Below are positions 9,211-17,377 of a stretch of DNA of 64,000 nt, one piece after another. The stretch's first letter is position 1, and the number at the start of each line of letters is the position of its first letter. The stretch covers positions 4,377-68,376 of the forward strand of contig DYLH01000003.1 in the NCBI GenBank assembly GCA_020722185.1, given 5' to 3'. A program made the position numbers and the translations under genes. The notes below the pieces were generated by a model. That model was not told the DNA's origin. It saw only the letters and a program-made list of their open reading frames with translations, and searched no databases. Source of the DNA: Candidatus Avelusimicrobium gallicola (GTDB lineage Bacteria > Elusimicrobiota > Elusimicrobia > Elusimicrobiales > UBA9959).

Positions 9211-10044
9211 TTAAATTGAGCAAAGCGCTCTAGAGAGAAAAACTGAAACTATTCTCATTCTATAATCAGAAGTGGAGCGAATATCAGTCAAAGGACTAAT
9301 CTCTTCTCTTATCAGCTGACAAGCCTTTGTCTGCGCCTTAGATGGATTTTTCCCTTCAAGATATTCCTCTGTTTTTTTAGCCCTAACTACAGATGGCGCC
9401 ACGGATGAAAGAGAAATTGAAACATCTCTAAGTTTCCCCTTTTCCAATTTATAGCACATACACAGGCCGGCTTTGGCTATGCCAAACCTTTTCCTGTGCA
9501 TCATCTTCATAAAAATTGATTTGCGTTCTTCCTTTGAAACTATAAAACCCTCGATAAGCTCGTCTTTTTTAAGGTCTATTTTTTTAGGTCCTTTGACTAT
9601 AGAAAGTATATCAACCACTCTCCTTTTGTCATAGAGATTGAGCATAACCTTGGCCCTTAAAGCGGCTAAAGCTAAAACGCCATCGGCGCAAGGTGAGGCA
9701 TTCGCATAATTGCCTCCAAGAGTGGCGGTATTCCTTATGGATGGCGAAGCATAGTATTTCACACATTCAGATAAAGCTGAAGCCCATTTTTTTATAAGAG
9801 GATTACTCTCAAGCTCGCTTATCTTGACGGCCGCGCCTATGAAAATATTCTTGCCATCTTCTTTTATTTCTTTCAATCTATCTATATCGCTTATGTCTAG
9901 CCATACAGATGATTTATCATTTCCACATGATAAAGAAATTACAAGGTCAGTCCCACCAGCCAAATATTTCCTGTCAGAAGGAAGTTTTTTGACAGATTTC
10001 CACAAATCTTTGAGGGTGTAATACTTTTCTATATATTCTGGCAT
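9211..10044 (-). CDS. XDH-family FAD-binding medium subunit (set 1)
   Basis: YLAGGTDLVISL, ATLGGNYANASP and a CO-dehydrogenase-flavoprotein-like C-terminus. ATG overlaps the FeS-subunit stop (TAATG). Confidence 0.9.
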   Translation of the reverse strand: MPEYIEKYYTLKDLWKSVKKLPSDRKYLAGGTDLVISLSCGNDKSSVWLDISDIDRLKEIKEDGKNIFIGAAVKISELESNPLIKKWASALSECVKYYASPSIRNTATLGGNYANASPCADGVLALAALRAKVMLNLYDKRRVVDILSIVKGPKKIDLKKDELIEGFIVSKEERKSIFMKMMHRKRFGIAKAGLCMCYKLEKGKLRDVSISLSSVAPSVVRAKKTEEYLEGKNPSKAQTKACQLIREEISPLTDIRSTSDYRMRIVSVFLSRALCSI

Positions 10045-10511
10045 TATTTCTTTCTTCTAGCTTTATCAATGGCCCTAAATATATTTTCATACCCCGTGCA
10101 TCTACAAAGATTTCCCGCAAGACCTTCCTTTATCTCATCTAAGGTGGCTTTGGGATTTTTTGAAAGTATTTCTTGGGCGGCTATTATAAATCCCGGGGTA
10201 CAGAAACCGCACTGAACTGCCGCTTCCTTGACAAATGACTCCTGCAATTGAGCTCCGTATTTATGCTTGTGTATCCCTTCTATGGTGACAATTCTTTTCT
10301 GATGGGCTTGCACAGCCATGACGAGACAAGAGTTTACAGCTCTGCCATCCATCAGAACCATACATGCCCCGCATTCTCCCTCGCCGCATCCTTCTTTGGT
10401 TCCTTTAAGACCAAGCACATCCCTTATAAAATCAAGCAAACGCAAGGACGAATCTATTTCAACTTTAACTTTCTTTCCATTCACTTCGCATTCAAGCTTA
10501 AACTTTTTCAT
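10044..10511 (-). CDS. XDH-family [2Fe-2S] small subunit (set 1)
   Basis: GCGEGECGACMV...SC and QCGFCTPGFII...LCRCTGY. Confidence 0.93.
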   Translation of the reverse strand: MKKFKLECEVNGKKVKVEIDSSLRLLDFIRDVLGLKGTKEGCGEGECGACMVLMDGRAVNSCLVMAVQAHQKRIVTIEGIHKHKYGAQLQESFVKEAAVQCGFCTPGFIIAAQEILSKNPKATLDEIKEGLAGNLCRCTGYENIFRAIDKARRKK

Positions 10512-10583
10512 ATCTTTTATTATTAAAACTTAGAACCAAGGCCTAGAACAAATCTGGAACCACTAAAAGTAAGCTTATTGCTT

Positions 10584-11681
10584 TCATCCGCTCACATTCC
10601 TTGAAAAAATAGTGCCATTTGCCTCAGCCCTGTATTCCATGAAAAAAGTGAGATTGTCCACATTAAATCTTATACCTATCGGCACCCTGAACATAATGCC
10701 CGGGGAGCTCTCGTTTAGTGATTTATTATAGGCATCCTTTATAGTGTTTGACTTTATATTGTTTATAGAAAGGCCAAGCCCTAAGCCGGCATAAAGATTG
10801 GCCTTAGGATTTGCCTTAGTTAGAGTTCTAATTAATAGGTCGCCACTTAATCCTATTGAAGTGGCGTCTATATAGCCAGAAGGCAAATTTAAAGGCCCAC
10901 CTGAGACATACACTTTCTGTGCGTCGCTGTAATGCTTTGAAACTGACAATTCAAAATCGCCGCCCAGTATGCCTTTTCCAAAACCACCGACTCTTATACC
11001 TATAGGACCGCCGCCAGTGGCTTTGAGCCCATTCATTTCAGCTCCGCCATATTTATTCTCATCCCATTTTATATCCATAGTTTGAGACCCAGCGCCTAAT
11101 ATCACATCAAAAAAACTATACCCATGCTCGCCCCCCACATAAGACTTTGAAACCTTATTAATGTTGGTGGTATTCTGCTGATATACTGGCTTTGACTGGG
11201 GGGCATCTCCACCAAGCCAGTCCTTAATAACATAAACACTAGATGCGCCAATTGCCTGAGCAGTTTCAGTTTTTATCAATCTGGCATTAACTTCTATTTT
11301 CCCATCATTTGTAGGGATAAGCGTGCCTGTTATAATAGCATCCACGCCGAGCACCTTCCCAAGATCTTTGGCGCTAGTTGGGTCTATGGCTCCGGAATTT
11401 TGCAGTTTTAGCTCATCTAAAACTTTATTTAAAACGCTTCTTTCTATTATTTCAAATTTTTGCATATTTATGAGCTTCATTGTAAGTCTTTCACTTATCA
11501 CAAAGCCATCTTTTGTGGAGGAGGTATTGTCTGCATATGAAAAAGGAATAACAGCTATTTTCTTAACGTCCTCCCCATAATTTGCCAATTCAGAAGCCAT
11601 TTTATCGTATGAGTCCTGAGAGTAGGAAAAAACAGACATCCAAGAAATGATGAAAAAAGACAGAAACATTCTTTTAGACAT
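10584..11681 (-). CDS. Putative outer-membrane protein: N-terminal CsgG/FlgO/LpoB-like domain plus Gly-rich beta-barrel-like C-terminal half
   Basis: Signal peptide MSKRMFLSFFIISWMSVFSYSQ. KIAVIPFSY...ERSVLNKVLDELKLQ...LGVDAIITGTL pattern. C-terminal half has alternating Gly/aromatic strands. Confidence 0.5.
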   Translation of the reverse strand: MSKRMFLSFFIISWMSVFSYSQDSYDKMASELANYGEDVKKIAVIPFSYADNTSSTKDGFVISERLTMKLINMQKFEIIERSVLNKVLDELKLQNSGAIDPTSAKDLGKVLGVDAIITGTLIPTNDGKIEVNARLIKTETAQAIGASSVYVIKDWLGGDAPQSKPVYQQNTTNINKVSKSYVGGEHGYSFFDVILGAGSQTMDIKWDENKYGGAEMNGLKATGGGPIGIRVGGFGKGILGGDFELSVSKHYSDAQKVYVSGGPLNLPSGYIDATSIGLSGDLLIRTLTKANPKANLYAGLGLGLSINNIKSNTIKDAYNKSLNESSPGIMFRVPIGIRFNVDNLTFFMEYRAEANGTIFSRNVSG

Positions 11682-11822
11682 GGAGAACCTCTAAAGAATA
11701 ATGATAGCATATTTCAGATAATCATAATCCTAGGAAACTGTCATTTTCTTCTTTTGAAAAAGCGCTTGTATTTAGAAAAAATAAACAGATAATAGTTGCA
11801 GAACAAATATAAAACTTTTTTC

Positions 11823-14093
11823 TCATATTTCTTCCCCTATTTTTTCTAAAACTATTTCTGGAGTCATAGGCGCAGAATTAATCTTCGCTTTGCAAGCCTT
11901 TTTTATCGCATTTCTAATGGCTGGAGCCACACCTATCAATGGCACTTCCCCCATACCCTTGGCTTTATATGGGCCATATTTGTAGAGCTTTTCCTTAAAA
12001 CTTATATCGTATTCTGGCGCATCTGTAGAAATGGGCAAAACATAATCGGTAAAATTTGGGTTTAACATAATGCCATTTTTTATTACCAGATTTTCATATA
12101 GCGCCCAACCCATGCCCTGAAGTATGCCTCCATGTCCTTGAGCTTGAGCAAGTTTTGGATTTATCAGCCGTCCTACATCATAAGCCGCATATATTTTTTT
12201 CACCTGAACTTCTCCAGTCTTTACATCAACTTCTACATCTGCCACATCCGCGCTATATGAATAGATAACATAGGCATCGCCCTGACCATTCTCTTTTTGA
12301 AAGCTTGTTTTGGGCGCCACATACCATCCCTGCTCGCTCATTTTAAGACGCCTGCCCCAACATTCTCTTATCACCTCGCTAAAAGAAACTTTTCTATCCT
12401 TGAAATAAAAGTAACCTCCGTAGGCAAACATCTTTTGACCGGAAGTTTTGAGCATATCTGCCGCAGTTAAAAATATTCTCTCTCTTAAAGGAGCGCAGGC
12501 CTCTATAATTGCATTACCGCTCATAAGAGTTGTTCTGCTGGCCACAGTAGGTCCACTGTCTGGGACTTTGGATGTGTCCACTTCTGAAATTCTTATATTT
12601 TCCATCGAAGCATTTAGTGTTTCAGCCGCTATCTGGCTTAAAACTGTAAGAGCTCCCTGTCCCATCTCAGTATTGCCAACATCAACTTTTACAGATCCAT
12701 CCTTGTAAATATTCACAAAAGCCCCAGCTCTATCTAAATATCTTCCCCCCGCTCCTAATCCCACCCCATAATATGTGCAAGAAAATCCAAGCGCTCTTTT
12801 CTTGTCTCCAATTGATGTGGGAGTATTTTTTATCCATTTTGATCTATCCCTAACAATTTCAATCAATTCTTTAATTCCGCAGGATGAATCAAGTTTCTGT
12901 CCTGTGGCGGTTTCGTCTTTGGTTTTGAGTATATTTTTCAATCTAAATTCAATAGGATCCATTCCTATTTTATCAGCGAGATCATCAATCAATGATTCCT
13001 GCGCAAAACATATCTGAGGCTGGCCAAAACCTCTATAAGCGCCGCAAGGGACTTTATTTGTGGCAACGGCTTTGGCCTCTATAAAAACATTTTCTATTTT
13101 GTATGGTCCCGCGGCATGCACTGCGCCTCGCCATAAAACTATGGGAGACAATGTGCTATAAGCGCCACCATCCAAGACATAATCCACTACGCAGGCTTTG
13201 AGCTTTCCATTTTTATCTGCGCCATATGAAACCTTGGCCCAAGAGGGATGCCTTTTAGACATACTCATAAAGTCCTCTTTTCTATCGTAGGCAAGGCGGA
13301 CAGGTCTTTCAAATTTCATTGCGCAAATTGCGGCATGAGAGGCCACAAGAGCAGGCACATCCTCTTTCCCGCCAAAGCCGCCGCCGGTCACAGTCTGTAT
13401 AACTTTTATTCTGTTGTTGGGAAGCCCTGTGGCCGCTGAAACAGCATCTAATACATAAAATGGACATTGAGTTGACGAATATACAGTTAAGCTTCCGTCC
13501 TTTTCAGGCACGGCTGTGGCAGTCTGAGTTTCTAGATAGCAATGAACTTGATAATTTGTCTTGAATTCTCCTTCCACAACAAAATCGCATTCTTTCAAAG
13601 CTTTAATGGCATTTCCTTTCTTTATCGTGTAAGATGAAAAGATATTGTCTTTGCCATATATTTTCAATGAATTTTTCTCCAGAGCTTTTAGTGGATCATC
13701 TATAAAAGGCAATTCTTTATAAGAGATCTCAATCAAAGATGCGGCTTTTTTGGCAGCTGAAAGTGTCTCAGCCACGGCCAAAGCCACAGTTTCAGAATGA
13801 AATCTGGCTTCCTTTTCCGGCAAAAATGGATAATCTTTCATCACCACTGGCCAGGCATTAACTCCCTTTATGTCCTTGTAAGTTACCACTCCAAGATAGC
13901 CGGTAATTTCTCTAGCTTTTTTATCGCTTATTTTTTTTATCTCAATTCTTGGTCTTGGATTTCTTACAGCCCTTGCATAAACCATACCGGGGAAAATCAA
14001 ATCATCTCCGTAAAAAGCTTCACCCCTGACCTTGGCTGTGGCATCCACTCTTTCAACTGGCTTTCCAATGAAAGAAAAAAACTTATTCTTCAT
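11823..14093 (-). CDS. Xanthine dehydrogenase-family molybdopterin-binding large subunit (set 1, 756 aa)
   Basis: TGGGFGGKEDVP, CGAYRGFGQPQ, YKAKGMGEVP. ATG overlaps the xdhC stop (ATGA). Confidence 0.92.
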   Translation of the reverse strand: MKNKFFSFIGKPVERVDATAKVRGEAFYGDDLIFPGMVYARAVRNPRPRIEIKKISDKKAREITGYLGVVTYKDIKGVNAWPVVMKDYPFLPEKEARFHSETVALAVAETLSAAKKAASLIEISYKELPFIDDPLKALEKNSLKIYGKDNIFSSYTIKKGNAIKALKECDFVVEGEFKTNYQVHCYLETQTATAVPEKDGSLTVYSSTQCPFYVLDAVSAATGLPNNRIKVIQTVTGGGFGGKEDVPALVASHAAICAMKFERPVRLAYDRKEDFMSMSKRHPSWAKVSYGADKNGKLKACVVDYVLDGGAYSTLSPIVLWRGAVHAAGPYKIENVFIEAKAVATNKVPCGAYRGFGQPQICFAQESLIDDLADKIGMDPIEFRLKNILKTKDETATGQKLDSSCGIKELIEIVRDRSKWIKNTPTSIGDKKRALGFSCTYYGVGLGAGGRYLDRAGAFVNIYKDGSVKVDVGNTEMGQGALTVLSQIAAETLNASMENIRISEVDTSKVPDSGPTVASRTTLMSGNAIIEACAPLRERIFLTAADMLKTSGQKMFAYGGYFYFKDRKVSFSEVIRECWGRRLKMSEQGWYVAPKTSFQKENGQGDAYVIYSYSADVADVEVDVKTGEVQVKKIYAAYDVGRLINPKLAQAQGHGGILQGMGWALYENLVIKNGIMLNPNFTDYVLPISTDAPEYDISFKEKLYKYGPYKAKGMGEVPLIGVAPAIRNAIKKACKAKINSAPMTPEIVLEKIGEEI

Positions 14094-14887
14094 TTTTCCC
14101 CCAAAATGCTCATATGCTTCCCGCTCTTGCCATAGTAAATCTTAAGTATTTCAGCAACGACACAAACAGCTATTTCCCCCGGAGTTTTTCCGCCAAGTTC
14201 CAGCCCTATGGGCGAGTAAACTCTGCTATCAATTTTAATGCCCTTCTTTTTGAGATCTGATATAATAGTTCTTACCTTTGAATCGCTTCCTATCATACCT
14301 ATATAATGCGCTTTTGTCTTGACAGCCTCTCTCAGGCACTCGGCGTCAAGGCTATGCCCTCTGGTCATTATCACCACATAAGTCTCACTGTCTATTTTTG
14401 CTTTTTTAAAAGCTTTATCTGGAAATTCGTTTATAATTTCAAAAGCCTCTGGAAAATTTTCCTTGCAGGCAAAATCCTTTCTATCGTCAGCAACACTATA
14501 TGGCAAACCTACTATGGAAAGGACTCTGCCCAATTGCTTTGCCACATGCCCGGCGCCACATATAAAAACTTTCAAAGGGGTTTTATAAACATCTATAAAA
14601 ACTTCAATTTTACCCATACACAAAGCGCCAATACCATTAGGCGTCAATTCAAAAGAAAATTTTCCGCTTTCACCTTTTTTTATGCACTCAACCGCTTTTT
14701 TTATGGTCAAGGACTCAATTTCTCCTCCACCTATGGTGCCATATATAGATCCATTTTCATAAACTATCATTTTTGAGCCAGATTCCCTTGGCGTCGATCC
14801 AGCAGAGGAAATTACTGTGACAAAAGCCACATTTTTTCTTTCGCTTATCGCATCGCTTAAAATTTTTATTATATTTTCTTCCATCAT
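14090..14887 (-). CDS. xdhC: XdhC/CoxI-family molybdenum-cofactor insertion accessory protein
   Basis: XdhC_CoxI N-domain (VTVISSAGSTPRESGSKM...GTIGGGEIE) and Rossmann-like C-domain (VFICGAGHVAKQL). Confidence 0.88.
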   Translation of the reverse strand: MMEENIIKILSDAISERKNVAFVTVISSAGSTPRESGSKMIVYENGSIYGTIGGGEIESLTIKKAVECIKKGESGKFSFELTPNGIGALCMGKIEVFIDVYKTPLKVFICGAGHVAKQLGRVLSIVGLPYSVADDRKDFACKENFPEAFEIINEFPDKAFKKAKIDSETYVVIMTRGHSLDAECLREAVKTKAHYIGMIGSDSKVRTIISDLKKKGIKIDSRVYSPIGLELGGKTPGEIAVCVVAEILKIYYGKSGKHMSILGEK

Positions 14888-14926
14888 AAAAACCTCTTTA
14901 TTGACTGGCTAAAGCAAAACCTCTAA

Positions 14927-14949
14927 AAGATTTTACAACTTAAAATCTT
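14927..14949 (-). repeat. 9-bp inverted repeat AAGATTTTA-N5-TAAAATCTT between the 66-aa ORF and xdhC
   Basis: Read directly. AT-rich hairpin with no strong U-tract; could be a weak terminator or an operator. Confidence 0.6.
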
Positions 14950-14973
14950 AAAAAGCACATTTATTATTTTATC

Positions 14974-15174
14974 TTAAAAAAAGCCAATATAGAAAACAAT
15001 TAATGTCAAAGGGGCGCCTATCCTGAAGAATTCCCAGAAAGGAATACTCTCTTTTCCCCTATTTTCTGCGTTCTGTATAAACATCACATTGCTGGCAGCC
15101 CCAACTCGTAAATATCGCGCTTGTCTTAGAGATATGAGGACCGAAACTGACAGCAATACTGCAATTTCTATCAT
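14974..15174 (-). pseudogene. 66-aa ORF resembling only the C-terminal end of an ArsB/NhaD/CitMHS-type anion permease (likely gene remnant; may still be translated)
   Basis: GAASNVMFIQNAENRGKESIPFWEFFRIGAPLTLIVFYIGFF matches the family C-terminal pattern as I recall it (G-S-x-A-N...I-x-F-x-x-F...G-x-P-x-T-L). ATG overlaps the upstream stop (ATGA). No upstream permease sequence. Confidence 0.4.
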
Positions 15175-15923
15175 TTTCTGCCAATCAGTCTGAGGATGCC
15201 ATCAAGTATTGTCATAGGATTTGGCGGGCAACCGGGGATGAAAAGGTCTGGTTTTATATTAGGTGGAAGGCCTGCCATCATTGGCATACCACGATAAATC
15301 CCCCCACCTATAGCGCAAGATCCCACAACTATGACAAGTTTAGGAGCTGGCACAGCATCATAAGTTTTTTGCAAAGCGGCATACATATTCCTTGTCACAG
15401 GCCCAGTGATGAGTATACCATCCGCATGCCTTGGCGAAGCGACAAATTGTATTCCAAATCGGGCCATATCAAAAACGGGAGTGCCAAGCACATTGCAATC
15501 TGCCTCGCAGGCATTGCATCCACCAGCGCTTACCTGTCTGAGCTTTAGAGATCTTCCAAAAATTTTTTTTATTTCTGGTTTTGCTACAACATTCTTTTTT
15601 TTAAAGCCGTCTTTTACTATCAAATCCTCTCTTGAAGAAACAGCCATAGACCATGTCTTTGAGAATTTTACAGCTTCAGGCATTTTAGCTGAACACAGTC
15701 CACAAAAGGTGCAATTCCCAAGATCCATACTCATCTGACTGCCATTCTTTGAGAAACAATCACATGGACAAATCTCTGAAAGCTGTTTTTTTTCTTCATC
15801 GCTTAGTTTAGAAAAATTAGTTTCTGGAAAGCCCCTGTATCTGCCTGAAAGCTTTATATTTCTGAAAGGGAAATGCGAAGTTTTATTGCCCTGTTTTATC
15901 CTTGCCAGTATTTCTTTTATCAT
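15171..15923 (-). CDS. Fused HycF-like (degenerate ferredoxin) plus HycG/HyfI/NuoB-like small subunit of a group-4-hydrogenase-type module
   Basis: N-domain parallels HycF (KQGNKTSHFPF...YRGFPE; CPCDCF; CTFCGLCSAKMP). C-domain is NuoB-like (GGCNACEADCN, SPRHADGILITGPVT, VVGSCAIGGG, IPGCPPNP). Start at ATG 15923 with GAGG 5 nt upstream. Confidence 0.85.
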   Translation of the reverse strand: MIKEILARIKQGNKTSHFPFRNIKLSGRYRGFPETNFSKLSDEEKKQLSEICPCDCFSKNGSQMSMDLGNCTFCGLCSAKMPEAVKFSKTWSMAVSSREDLIVKDGFKKKNVVAKPEIKKIFGRSLKLRQVSAGGCNACEADCNVLGTPVFDMARFGIQFVASPRHADGILITGPVTRNMYAALQKTYDAVPAPKLVIVVGSCAIGGGIYRGMPMMAGLPPNIKPDLFIPGCPPNPMTILDGILRLIGRK

Positions 15924-15930
15924 ATCAGCC

Positions 15931-17376
15931 TCACAAATCATGTCCGCAATAAGAAAGATTGAAACTCTTATTGCACAAAGGGAAATCTGAAATTTTGGCA
16001 TCTCTCAAAGCTATAGAAAGCCCCTGCCAATTGTGAAAAGATGGGTCTTTTATCTTGTAGAAAGAGATATTGCCATTTTCATCAGTTATACATACATGAG
16101 AAATCTCGCCACGCCAGCCTTCTGTAAGCGCCATAGCCAGAGAATTGGGCTTAAGCGATTTGCTCTCAACTGATATTGGGCCTGACGGCAAATTATTCAT
16201 CCAATTCTTTATCAATTTGTAAGACTTTTTTATTTCCATCCACCTCATATAGGCTCTGGCAAATACATCGCCATTTAATGTTAGTGGTTCAAGTTCATAA
16301 TCCTCATAGGGATAGATATGAAATAAGGCTCTTATATCAAATGGCACTGAAGATGCCCTTGCAACTGGCCCAACCAGTCTAAGTTTCAAAGCCTGTTCTG
16401 TTGTAACAGTTCCCGTTTTTTCAAATCTATCCAGAACCGACTTTTTATCCCACAAAAGAGAAATGGCAGAGACAGCGTCCTCATAGGCCTTATCAAACTT
16501 AGACATCATCTCTTCAGTTATTTTCTCATCCACATCAAAGGCCACTCCGCCGGGAACTATGAAATTTCTTCCAAAACGATTGCCGCACAAAATAGCCGTA
16601 GTATTGAGTATATCTCCTCTTATTCTCCCACAAAAAGACGAAGTTGGCAAATAGGCAACATCTCCGCTTAAAGCGCCGATATCTCCTACATGATTTGCCA
16701 TTCTTTCAAGTTCCAGAGCTATCCCTCTTAAACTCGCGGCTCTTGGCGAAATTTCACAAGAAGAGAGAGCCTCATAAACCTTGGCAAATGTCCACGCATG
16801 ACCTATGCTTGTGTCTCCCGCCACGGTCTCTATAAGAGGCAAAAATTTATTTTTTTTCACCTTTGGAATGGCATTTTCTATGCCTCTATGCTGATAGCCA
16901 AGTTCTATTTGCAAATTGAAAACATTTTCGCCAAGGCATTGAAAACGGAAATGCCCCGGCTCTATAACTCCGGCATGCACTGGGCCTACGGCAACTTCAT
17001 GTATTTCATCTCCGCCTAATCTGAAATATTTTCCGCTTGAAGCCGTTAAGCCATTTTCATATCTAACCGGATTTGGAAACGGATGACCGTCTATCTTTAA
17101 TCCTGTCTTTTCAGCTATTTCCCTTTCGAAAAGATGTAATTGTGGAAAAAAAGTGGAAAGAGAGGTTATTTTTTCTCGCACATTAGAGCAAATAATTTTT
17201 ATTTCACCGCTTTTAGACAAAAGACATGCAAATAGTTTAAAATCTGATCCCTGCGGCATGGCAAAATAAGAAGATATTCCACTCCCCTTTGAAAGCTCTG
17301 TGGAAAGCTCGCTAAAAAAATCTTTGCTTTCCAGAACTTCAATATTTTCAAGCGGCTCAACTATAAAATCTTTCAT
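15931..17376 (-). CDS. HycE/HyfG/NuoCD-like large subunit lacking [NiFe] Cys ligand motifs (Ehr-like)
   Basis: NuoC-like N-domain (LHLFEREIAEKTGLKIDGHPFPNP) and NuoD-like core (GPVHAGVIEPGHFRF, LGYQHRGIE). There is no CxxC anywhere in the 481 aa. Confidence 0.85.
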   Translation of the reverse strand: MKDFIVEPLENIEVLESKDFFSELSTELSKGSGISSYFAMPQGSDFKLFACLLSKSGEIKIICSNVREKITSLSTFFPQLHLFEREIAEKTGLKIDGHPFPNPVRYENGLTASSGKYFRLGGDEIHEVAVGPVHAGVIEPGHFRFQCLGENVFNLQIELGYQHRGIENAIPKVKKNKFLPLIETVAGDTSIGHAWTFAKVYEALSSCEISPRAASLRGIALELERMANHVGDIGALSGDVAYLPTSSFCGRIRGDILNTTAILCGNRFGRNFIVPGGVAFDVDEKITEEMMSKFDKAYEDAVSAISLLWDKKSVLDRFEKTGTVTTEQALKLRLVGPVARASSVPFDIRALFHIYPYEDYELEPLTLNGDVFARAYMRWMEIKKSYKLIKNWMNNLPSGPISVESKSLKPNSLAMALTEGWRGEISHVCITDENGNISFYKIKDPSFHNWQGLSIALRDAKISDFPLCNKSFNLSYCGHDL

Positions 17377-17377
17377 T

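Noticed and set aside
10531-10560. Direct repeats TAGAAC-N7-TAGAAC-N6-GGAAC between the outer-membrane protein gene and the set-1 FeS gene, as a response-regulator site
   Set aside because: The motifs are short pentamers/hexamers in an AT-rich spacer. Similar GTTCT/AGAAC strings are scattered in other spacers, and significance cannot be assessed by eye.
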